In this document: piece by piece, positions 26,994-64,000 of the stretch | Layout of the letters: every line of letters begins with the position of its first letter | Position numbering within the stretch: position 1 is the first letter of the stretch | Assembly (NCBI GenBank): GCA_964106915.2 | Contig: OZ066923.1 | Direction: 5' to 3' (one strand) | Length of the DNA: 64,000 bases | Source of the DNA: Podarcis gaigeae | Lineage: Eukaryota | The notes under the pieces: generated by a model | Told to the model about the DNA's origin: nothing | Database searches by the model: none | The model's input: the letters and a program-made list of their open reading frames with translations, nothing else | Made by a program: the position numbers and the translations under genes

Positions 26994-28282
26994 TATAGTT
27001 ATACAAGTCCATCCTTAGATACATGAATCTGAGGTTTAATTTACAAAAAAATAAAAATATCAGTTGCTTTACTACCTGCAATTTCAAAAGAGAACCTAGC
27101 TAAAAGTTCAGTTCCATTTCTTTGCTGTATTTTCAGATTTAAGTTCAGAGGCTTTCAGACTGTGGACTGCCAGTGGTCTATGGGTTTCATTCAGGTGGTT
27201 TATGGCATATACGTAAAAATATAATTAGAAGTCATAAAGCATCTAACACAGTGCATTACACTTGCTTACTACAACAGGCAGGGTGAGAGATGGGAGGACA
27301 GTCTGTACATATTAGGTGGTGGATTCCCCACCCCCTGTTTCTTGCTGCAGGGTTGTTGTTTTTCTGAATCCAATCCCATTCATTGGTATTTTGTTATTTT
27401 ATAGTGTATTTATGACCACATACCCAGTGTTGTTTTAGAATTCTAAGAAACAGACAAAGCCAGAAATTATAAGCAGTGCAGTTTTGAAAGGTTCCCTCTG
27501 GCATCTTGCTTCATAATGGCATCTGGCTGCATCCAAATATCGAAAACCTACTCCGTGATATCAGGAACCATCATGCAAAATTTGGTTGCAATATCTATTT
27601 CCTTATCAGTAAGCATATACACCATGCAGATACACTTCTGATGTGTGTACAAATTGTGACAAACCTGGGCTCTTTCATGTTTTACTACTACTACTATGGT
27701 AAAGATTATTAGCAAGATAAATACATCTTAAGCATTCTCAGATGCTGTATGAATGGCCTCAAGCCTCAAACACTATTTCTTTGAACCCATTTTTATGGCT
27801 ACCCCAACATGAGCAACACCTGGTCCTCTTTCATTCTATTTCTGGTTCCCCTCTCCCCACCCCCTAAAAAGACTTGTTAGTAGAGGTGCCCAAGAGCTCT
27901 ACTTTTCTTTCTCAAAGGATGAATAACGAAAAACACTTAACTTTTCAGACATCGCAGTACCAAGTTAGGTATCCCTTCCCAGCTATTAAAATATGAGCCA
28001 AAGACTCTTCGTGGTTCCTTAGTGAGTCAGGCAACATTTTCTTTGAGGACTTTCATCTTGCATTGCTCCCAAGTGCCAGACTTCATTTATATGGTTCTGA
28101 AGGACTGCTTGGAACATTTTTGTTTCTCTTGGCAATTTTCCTCATGACAGAATATGATATTCCTCTTTCTATGTTTGTAACCAGCCTAGGGAAATTTTAA
28201 TGGGGCTTGGTAATAAAGATTTAGATTGGGACACCCTCCATCAGCCCAGCCAGCATGGAAAGTAATCAGAAATGATGGCAGT

Positions 28283-28683
28283 GTTGTTGTTGTTTAGTCG
28301 TTTAGTCGTGTCCAACTCTTCATGACCCCATGGACCAGAGCACGCCAGGCACTCCTGTCTTCCACTGCCTCCTGCTGTTTGGTCAAACTCATGCTGGTAG
28401 CTTCGAGAACACTGTCCCACCATCTCGTCCTCTGTTTTCGCCTTCTCCTTGTGCCCTCAATCCTTCCCAACATCAGGGTCTTTTCCAGGGAGTCTTCTCT
28501 TCTCATGAGGTGGCCAAAGTATTGGTGCCTCACCTTCAGGATCTGTCCTTCCAGTGAGCACTCAGGGCTTATTTCCTTCAGAATGGATAGGTTTGATCTT
28601 CTTGCAGTCCATGGGACTCTCAAGAGTCTCCCCCAGCACCATAATTCAAAAGCATCAATTCTTCAGCAATCAGCCTTCTTTAT
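28283..28683 (-). mobile_element. BovB (RTE) LINE, 5'-truncated 3' end
   Basis: ORF RVPWTARRSNLSILKEISPECSLEG...SLEKTLMLG...W.ALVHGV.KS.TRL; (CAA)n tail; TSD atgatgg(c/g)agt. Confidence 0.92.
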
Positions 28684-28794
28684 GATGGGAGTAGTCCAAC
28701 AAAATAGGCAGGGCACATTGGCTACTTCAGCATTTCTCCTATTTTTCTGCTGTTAGTATGTGATCTGTTCCCCAACTATTATCAATAAAAGGTG

Positions 28795-29178
28795 CATGAG
28801 GAATGGTTGAGGAATTGGGTATGTTTAGGCTGGTAAAGAGAAGACTGAGAGGAGATATAATAGGCATCTTCAAATATCTAAAAGGCTGTCACGTGGAAGC
28901 TTGTTTTCTCCTGCTCTGGAGGCCAGGATCCAAACCAGTGGATTCAAGGTAAAAGAAAGGTGATTCCAATTACACATCAGAAGGAAGAACTTTCTGACAG
29001 CAAAAGGTCTTCAATGCTAGAACAGACTCCCACACTAAGTGGTGGGTTCTCCTTCCTTGGAGGCTTTTAAGCAGAGGTTGGATGGCCATCTGTCACGTGA
29101 TTTAGTCGAGTCCTGTATTGCAGAGCATTGGACTAGATGACTCTCAGGGTTCCTTCCAACTCTACAGTTCTAGGATTC
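28795..29178 (+). mobile_element. CR1 LINE 3' end
   Basis: aagagaagactgagaggaga ... ggactagatga ... ttccaactct..agttctaggattc terminal hairpin and tail. Confidence 0.85.
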
Positions 29179-29600
29179 CAAGCAGGAGCTCAGCCCAACT
29201 GCCCATTCGCTGTCAGCTGCCAAATGCTAAAAATATTCAGAGGCAGGACAAACTGGAGGGTGTTATGGACAAGGCAGAGAGGGATAAATCTTACAATGTT
29301 ATCTCAGACCCCAAACTCACAAGATGGATGTAGAACCCTTTGGAGATTAAAAGGCAAGAGTAAGCTGGTCTTCCATAGACCATATGTCAAGGCAGCCCTG
29401 TTTTGGAAAGCTTTTAATGTCTGATGTTTTGTTTTGTTCCTTTATATTTTGTTGGAAGCTGCCCATAGTGGCTGGGGTAAAAATAAATTTTCATCATCTT
29501 GATAGACACACCTGAGAGCCTCTAATGCCAACATCTGTGCTCTTAGGTCCAGCTCTAAGATACTGCCCAGCTTAAGGCTCCTGGTTATATAATTAACATA

Positions 29601-29849
29601 GAAGAAGAAGTGTTTAGATTTGATACCCCGCTTTATCACTACCCTGAGGAGTCTCAAAGCGGCTAACAATCTCCTTTCCCTTCCTCCCCCACAACAAACA
29701 CTCTGTGAGGTGAGTGAGGCTGAGAGACTTCAGAGAAGTGTGACTAGCCCAGGTTCACCCAGCAGCTGCATGTGGAGGAGCCGGGAAGCGAACCCGGTTC
29801 ACCAGATTACGAGTCCACCGCTCTTAACCTCTACACTACACTGACTCTC
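29601..29849 (-). mobile_element. tRNA-derived CORE-type SINE (Squam3-like)
   Basis: Minus-strand head gagagtcagtgtagtgtagaggttaagag..., B box ggttcgcttccc, (CTT)n tail. Confidence 0.8.
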
Positions 29850-30743
29850 AGGAGGACTGAGAACTTATAAGTTGTTACTTATAAAGTCAAATAAATCCAC
29901 AAATAAATGCAGAGATGCGGATGTGCAATCTCCCAGGGTTCTAGGTGCTGACGCAGGTTCTGTTTCCTTGGAATGAAGGACAGCGGAGACCGTGGTGTCT
30001 TCAGGAGGCATGGTTTGATTTGCACAAGTACAACCTGAGCAGAGGATCCACAACTCAACAGATCTTGCTTCTCCATTAAGTCCTCCTTTTATTCTGTTGC
30101 AGTGCCAGAGGAAGGGGGAGCTGGGGGGTGGAGGTAAGAGATTGGGGTGTACAAATTAACCCAACAATGCTTTGCGGCAGCCGTATCAGCATTTCAACGA
30201 GCCAGTTGGATATCGGGGACTCTGACGTTGTGTACTGGAGGACCCCAAGCTGGAAGAAAATCCTTGCTCCCCAGAGAGATGCCAGCTCGGACAGCCCCCT
30301 GAGCTTCAACTATGAAGCCTACGAGAGCGATTCCGACTGTAGCTTCCTTGGGCAGAGACCTGCCTGCATGGCTGATGCCACACATTCTCAGCCCTCCTCC
30401 CAGCGCACTGACAGAGCTTCCCCCTCTTCCTCTGTAGTTTCCCAAAATTGGATCGGAGAGCTCGCTAACTTCCCACGAAGCTGGAGAAAGTGATAGTTTT
30501 TGGGACTCCCCTAAGGAGGCAGGTGGTGGACAGAGCGAGACCACTTTGTCTAGACCCCAAGACCGCATCTGGATTTACTCAGTCCTGACTGGGTAGATGG
30601 CAGCGGCCTAAGCGGTGATTGGCAGAAGGGGAGGGGGGCATATCAACCGCAGAATGGAACTGTTGTTTCAGTTATAGGTGCCTTGAGTTTTAATGTTTGG
30701 TTGTGTTTCTTAATTGCTCGTCTTTTGCATCTTTTCCTTGCAG

Positions 30744-30836
30744 GTTCCAAATATGTCCCCATTTAGCTCCCTCAGCAGCCTTTCCTCCCTGTCCTCTGTG
30801 TCCTCCCTCAATTCGCTTTGGGACTCACTGAATGAG
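30744..30836 (+). other. Exon-like unit A of an unidentified Ser-rich gene or pseudogene (93 nt, phase 0-0)
   Basis: cttttgcatcttttccttgcag| VPNMSPFSSLSSLSSLSSVSSLNSLWDSLNE |gtacgt. Confidence 0.55.
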
Positions 30837-31038
30837 GTACGTAGCAGACAGAGGAGGGAAGTCCTGCTGAGCTGCACAAGGGCAACCCTGAGGCTGGAGA
30901 GGGACCCATTCAGAGTCATGGGTCACAGTTATTTGTGCTCATGCATTTCTACTCAGATACAAGCCTGTGTCCCAAACTTTTGATTTCCTGGAAAGGCTTT
31001 TGTGCAAATTGCTTGTCTTTTGCATCTTTTCCTCGCAG

Positions 31039-31122
31039 GTGCCAAAAATTACCCCGTCCAGCTCCATCAGCTCCCTGAGTTCCCTGTCCTCCCTGGATTC
31101 GTTTTAGGACTCATTGAATGAG
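31039..31122 (+). pseudogene. Exon-like unit B, a tandem duplicate of unit A with an in-frame TAG
   Basis: cttttgcatcttttcctcgcag| VPKITPSSSISSLSSLSSLDSF*DSLNE |gtacgt; TAG at 31105-31107 where unit A has TGG. Confidence 0.55.
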
Positions 31123-33708
31123 GTACGTAGCAGACAGAGCAGAAGAGAAGCCCTGCTGAGCTGCACAAGGGCAACCCTGAGGCTGGGGAGGAGGAGGAAG
31201 CCGCCAGCCAGCTGGCCAGGCCGCCTTCTGGACCAGTTGTGAAGAAGGGGGCAGACAGGCATGGGGCTGCTAAGGGCAGACTGTGCTTGCTGGCGCACTC
31301 ATTCTCATGGACCAGCCCCCCATGGCGCCAGGGCTGCAGGGCTTCCCTGGCTAGCGACTCAATGTGGGCAGGAGAGTTTGGCTTCTGAGTTCCTGTCTCA
31401 TTCTGGGCTGCTCTCTTTCTCCTTTCTCCCCACCACCACTGCCACCACCTCTGGGGTCCTATCTCTGCCAGAAGTCAGCCTCTGAATCCTTTGAAAAAGT
31501 GGCTGTCTCATGTTGGGCTGCTCTCCTTCTCCTCTCTCCCCACTACCACTGTCACCACCTCTGGGCTGGTTCCTCCATCCTGTCCGGGCCAACAGTCATC
31601 CTCTGAGGACGAAATATCCCATGACAAAGTGACAGAGGTGGAGGGAAGCCCAGGCATGGAAGCCAGAGTGGCCAAAAGAGATCCAAACAGAAGAGGGTAA
31701 TTGGGAGCAGAGGATCTGTGCAAACCTTTCCCTTTCTGTTTTTCCACTTAGAAACTAGCTGTGAGGCTGTGAAGATAAAGATCCTATGGGTAGAAAAGCA
31801 GCTAGAGACCTTGCTTTTGAGCAGAAAGGGAGGGTATGTGTATGTGTGTGTTTTAATGGCAGCAGTTCCCCGCTCCCCCATGTAAACTCTAGAGAGGTGG
31901 ATTCATTGGCACATTTGATGTCTGACAGGAATTGCCTACAATCAGGACACATTACAAGTTGAAAACAGTTCTGTTGCTTCAGCAGCAGCACCAGTGGAAG
32001 TGAAATTGACTGCTTTTTGACAATGGATAGCAAAACTCCAGCACTATTCACCATCTTCAATGAAGCCTGCTACAGTGAGACTATTTTGTTTGAAGGGAAT
32101 GCCTACAGTACCTTTATATGTCCATAGCACTTCCTGCAGATTGATCACTGAATGGCTTGAAGAAACAGTGATAAGCAAGAATATTGGAACCCCATTCGTC
32201 TGTTGGCATGTCAAGTTAGAAACCAGATACCCTCGGTCCTACTTTCTTTTTCTTGGAGGAGGATGGGAAGAACAGTGGGCTGGTCCCCAGGGTGAATTGC
32301 TGGCCTTCAACTTCCATCACATCAAGCCAGCACAGCTGATGGTCAGGGATGATGGGAGCTGCATCTAAAGGGACACAGGCTGCCCACCACTGTATTGTTC
32401 TTCCCATGAGTCTCTGGTCAGGACAACCATGCGACTAATAGTTGAATATTAGAACTACTGGCTTTTCAGTGCCAGCTGGGCAGGCTCCTACTCCCTCTTG
32501 TTATGAGAGCTATGAGGCAGCCACTATATGAGATTTGGGAGGACTGCTTGAAGGCCTTGGAAGACAGCCCCACAACATGGAGTAGTTATCAGAATTATAC
32601 ATCTGTTCTGAGCATGCTCAGAACTATTCTCTTGAAAGCCAGATCTCATAAGCTTTTAACATGTTCTGTTCAGTGGAGAAGAAATTTTTTGTTCTGCTTA
32701 GCATTTGTTTTGTGACCTTGCTGGGGAGCAAGCTAGCAACAGTGGACACAGTATGTGTCTTTCTATTTTTTAATTAATCACTTTGTATTTATTTTTGTGA
32801 ATTGGATTGAGAGGAGAAATGGGTGAGTTGTATATGCTGCAAGGATTTCCCTGCATTTACCCATGGAACACTGCAGCTGCTGCAGGGGAATGAGAGAGGG
32901 GGAGCATAGGTTGATCTGAGGCATGTGCAGTCCCAACACATTTCCAGAGGTGGTGTGTGAATTTGCATCAGCACCAGTTCTGAAGTTGTTGCTAAGCTCC
33001 CTTTCACATAATAACTAGCCACACAAGTGCTTACGTTTTCAGAATATCTTCTATCCCCCTGCCTTAACATTTTTAAAGGAACTTAAGCAGTAAGCAGCAT
33101 ATTCCCTTCAAGGTTAACTGCTTTTGCTTGAATACTGCCTCAGATTCATCCTCAGCTAGGCTCATATAATCATACTAACCACATTAAAGTAGGTATCAAA
33201 GCTCTGATTCTTCATTGGTCTTTCTGCCACTTAATGACTCAATGTAGGCTACTCAGAAAAGCTGTCCAGTTAAAAGTGGATTATTATATTGTAGGCCCCT
33301 TTTTAGAGTATCAGTTGAACAAGCCATCCAATACTAGTAGTATATCATCTATAAAATGATCCAATTGGTACATTAAAATGAAACTTCACCCAGCACCTAG
33401 TGTTGGGTGAAGGGTACTGAATGCTATCAGGCTGCAAGTTGATCTATGAAGCTACATCACTGGAATTTCAATTTCCCCTTTAGCCATCTGCTGGGGAAGT
33501 TTGAAGAACAGCACATTTTTACTGAAAGCTTGACATTCATCTCTTACAGCAGAGCTACATATTCAGATTAATTACATGATACTTACTGTCTTACTGGAAT
33601 TGTACCACTGTAAAATGCAGATAGGTTGCTGTATAATTAAATGCCTACATATAAACTCTCTTCACAAAGAAAACAGGCACATTGCACTGACAAGCTAGCC
33701 TTCTACAA

Positions 33709-34014
33709 CAGGGGTTGGCAAGGCTTACCGGGCATGGGCCGGATCACTCCCATGGAGATCCTCCGTGGGCCGGGCCGAGCCGGCGCAGCGTGACGCCGGA
33801 AATCGCTTCTACGCATGCCCAAATGCCCAAAATCGCGCCTGCACAGAAGCGATTTCCAGGGCTGTGGAAGAGAGTCCCCGCACCATGCCAGTTTAGCGCA
33901 GCACGCGGGGACTCGCCAAGCAGGCGGCTCGGTTCGGGGGGGGGGGCTTGTGGGCCAGTTAAACGGCCTCTGTGGGCTGCTTCTGGCCCATGGGCCTTAG
34001 GTTGCCAACCTCTG
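33709..34014. mobile_element. hAT-Charlie MITE
   Basis: TIR caggggttggcaa/ttgccaacctctg; TSD ttctaca(a/g). Confidence 0.85.
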
Positions 34015-34329
34015 TTCTACAGGAAAGGTATAAAAATTGCTGTGTCATGCAGGAGATTTGGGATTTTTGTATGTTCATGAAAAGAAAAGTCTGAAGATGG
34101 CTAGTTATTTCATTAAGTTCACTCCTTCCCTGCTCTCCAATATAGCTCCAGCCCCAATAGACAGATCTCTGCTGATGGCAGATGGTTTCAAAACAGTAAC
34201 TTGGCACTGCAAAAAGTTTCTTATTAACAATATATATCCCCTACTTCTTGTGCTAGGTTCTCCAGTGCTAGACATCCAACAGGGCAGCTCCATAGCACTC
34301 AGGCACATGGTACATAAGCATACACAGAA

Positions 34330-35603
34330 GACTGCAGCACATGGACAATCTTTATTGTTAGAGGAGCACCGGTAATCCATTACTGACTGTAGTGGAGTCA
34401 CCGCAGAGGCACATGCTAAGGCACTTATTGTATAAAAAAGTTTGCAGATTTATTTGTGACAGCAACCAGGACTGGAGACTCTCACAGTGGAGAGCACTAA
34501 CCATACAGTATAGGGTAATCTTATTTTAATTTGTCATTTGCTCATAAGTCTAAATGCAGCATATACAATATGGTTAAGTATACAGGTAAATCCAGCAACC
34601 AGTGTACAGTGTAGAAAAGTAAAGATTATCTATATAACCGCAGTCCCCATAGAAAGGCAGTGATAAAGACCTTTATTTTTCTTAATTACTTATAAACGAG
34701 AGATACAAAGGCCTTCAATGTATAATCTGTGCAGATTAAAATGCTTTTTTCTTTAATATACTCTTAGTCACTGTGCAGAATAACTAAACCCATCCCCGAT
34801 TACAGAGCTGGATGCTTGGACATCACAATAAAGGACTTTGTTCACACTCCATTCAAAACCCACTAGATACTGTCTGTTACCATTAAATATATTTGGTCCC
34901 GAATAGATTCTCCAGCAAGCACACAGGAAAAAACTTTGCTGCTTCCTTGGTCTGCCACTAACACACCTCTGAGACACAACGCAACACAGACACCATTGCA
35001 CTTCAGATCTGTCCAGACATTAGCAAAAAGAGGGCCAACTTAAAACTCTCTTCTAGGAAAAACTTCCCAAGACTGTATGGTCTTTGAAGACATTTAGGAG
35101 TCATGTTGGGAACACTTGTTTTTCCTGTTCAACATGACTCCCAAACTGGCTAAGTGAGTAGACCGAGGAGGTTGGAAATGTGAGGTCACTGAACATGATT
35201 GCCAAAAGCAAACAAGAGGAAAGGGATGGGACAAATTCCCTGCATCTATCACAAACTCGTTATTGGAAGAAAATAGTTGATTTACAGCAACGAAAAGGAG
35301 TCACCCCACCCCCACCCCTCAAACTATGTAAATTCCCCAGCAGCCATGGCAAGGACAATGAATGCTACAGGCCTCTGTAGCTCCCAGACTCTGATTGGGC
35401 TGCAGACTCTTTGGCATTCAATACAAAAGAGCTTGGAAGCTGGGAGGGACAACACTAACGTCATGGCTCCAGATATTCAAGGGAACGTTTCAATAGATGT
35501 GCTCCACTTCCCCCGGCAGGTTTTAGAAGGGTTTGCAGAAGTCCACTGGACAAAGGGAGGGTGGGTCACTTCATCATGTGTGACCCGGATCCACAAGGCA
35601 GCT
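34330..35603 (-). other. MYH9: MYH9 3'UTR (end approximate)
   Basis: Follows the stop codon with no recognisable repeats. AATAAA on the minus strand at 34672-34677, 34449-34454 and 34351-34356. Confidence 0.7.
34351..34356 (-). terminator. Likely distal polyadenylation signal of MYH9
   Basis: AATAAA (tttatt on +) followed by GT-rich sequence (tgtgtatgcttatgt) on the minus strand. Confidence 0.6.
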
Positions 35604-62531
<26,928 letters not shown>

Positions 62532-62789
62532 CTAAGTCTTCCCAAACCTCCCTCTAGTACCTTTTTGGTTACACATTGTATTCATGTTAGATTTATATTC
62601 TGACCGTACAGCTTACAAAACAATTACATGTGTGCCTGATCAGAAATATAAGAAACAGTAATTCCTGAAAAAGGCAAGATGGCTCAAAGGACATTATTAT
62701 CATCCAGCTCATGCGCCCCAAAAGTCAAGGAAATTTGTTTTTTTAAAAAAATAATAATCTTACAACCTGTGACATTTCAGAAAATGTAG

Positions 62790-62841
62790 CATATTCTGCT
62801 ACCAAATACCGAAAGGCATCATTATTTGGTAGCAGAATATG
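62790..62841. repeat. Perfect 19-bp inverted repeat with 14-nt spacer
   Basis: catattctgctaccaaata / tatttggtagcagaatatg. Confidence 0.9.
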
Positions 62842-64000
62842 TAATACAAAGAGACTGACTAACCGGTTTTTTATGAAAGAGGAGAGTGGATGTTACTATA
62901 ATTGCATTTATTAATCTTTTTTCACAAGTGACCCGAAGCAGCTTACAAAATGATACATTTGGGTCCACTCATAAAAGGTCCAGGAGGAGCACTGATATGG
63001 TATATGCAATGACGTCTAACCTTTTAATCTTCCATGCTTCTAAAGAACAAAGTGGTAGTGCTAACACTTTGTGGCAATGCCAGCACTGAAGCAGGCAGAC
63101 TCCAGAGTCACCTACAATTAAGTTACCCCAAAACATTGAGTCCAATGCTGTATTGACAGATGCAGACAGTCATTAGGCCCTGTCTCCTGTGATGCCGCAT
63201 CTGCAGTCAGGTATGTCTTACAGGCAGGGACCTTGGTGCACTAAGGATTCTGACACTCAGGATACAGTACTATGTTACAGGAGCTGCAAGTTTACTATGA
63301 ACCATGCTGCTGTCTCTAATCAATGAGGGCTACTTACTTGCCTGTTTTCATGAGTTAAGAGCCTATGGGAGGATCACAGACTTTGCCCCACACAACACAA
63401 TGGGGAGAGTATCATGATTAAATATTAGCTGTGGAAAAAATGGGCCTGCAGATACTCTACTCTTTCAAAGTCAAGTATCTCATTTTAGGTTTCAGTACCC
63501 CTGCGGGGTTCGTCTATTTCTGGGTAAACATCCCAAGCTCCAAACTTCCAAGCTAAGGCAACCTATATATGTCATTCCAAAAACACTGTACTACTGTATG
63601 TTTGCTCCATCAGATGGACCAACTTCTCCAGCCAAAAAGTTACTTTTTATTCAATTTAAACAAATATGTTTTAAAGAGGTTTAAAGCTTTGAGCCTAAAA
63701 TCAGGCTTTCAAACCACCTGCCTTCCAGATGTGGGATCTTCACATGCTTAATACTGTATAGTATTTAATGCATTCAGCAGCTGAAACAGGGAAGGAGGAG
63801 CATTTTTTCATCACTCAGTTATGTTGAATGGTTTATTTAAAAATTAAGGTTCATTATTGTTCCACAAGATGTGTATCTCTTTAAAGGCCAGAGTAAATAT
63901 CATGACCTAGTTTTACAGCTGTGAAACAGTATAGCAGGTGCTGTTAAGTTGTGTTAATTAAGCTGTGTCAGCAATTGGGTGTAGTATATAAAGAGCAGTG

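Noticed and set aside
29601-29849. tRNA-like A/B boxes here and near 44720-44795
   Set aside because: These are SINE heads, not tRNA genes.
22700-34300. APOL-family gene expected from primate synteny
   Set aside because: No ORF or peptide with APOL-like features was recognised; a tBLASTn with APOL proteins would be needed to exclude remnants.

Overview
Vertebrate genomic DNA, almost certainly a squamate and probably a lacertid lizard, judging from Sauria SINEs, a Squam3-type SINE, BovB, CR1, L2 and many hAT/Tigger MITEs. The right half (about 34.3-62.4 kb, minus strand) holds the 3' part of MYH9 (non-muscle myosin heavy chain IIA): 32 constitutive coding exons equivalent to human exons 10-41, all with GT-AG boundaries and continuous phase, followed by a ~1.27 kb 3'UTR. 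It also carries a 63-nt in-frame cassette exon in loop 2 (A2-type, similar to the MYH10 B2 insert). At 21.2-22.7 kb a CpG island contains the first coding exon of RBFOX2 (minus strand), and 1-21.4 kb is RBFOX2 intron 1. The most notable observations are: (1) the loop-2 cassette exon; (2) a 105-nt terminal MYH9 intron with two UGCAUG RBFOX sites and an immediate in-frame stop, so retention would give a tailless, NMD-immune myosin IIA; (3) an unidentified plus-strand, multi-exon, Ser-rich gene or pseudogene with tandemly duplicated exons at about 30-31.8 kb, in the MYH9-RBFOX2 interval where primates carry APOL genes; (4) several young insertions with intact target-site duplications (TSDs) and long hairpins. 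Gene identities and exon numbers rest on recalled human sequences, not on database searches.
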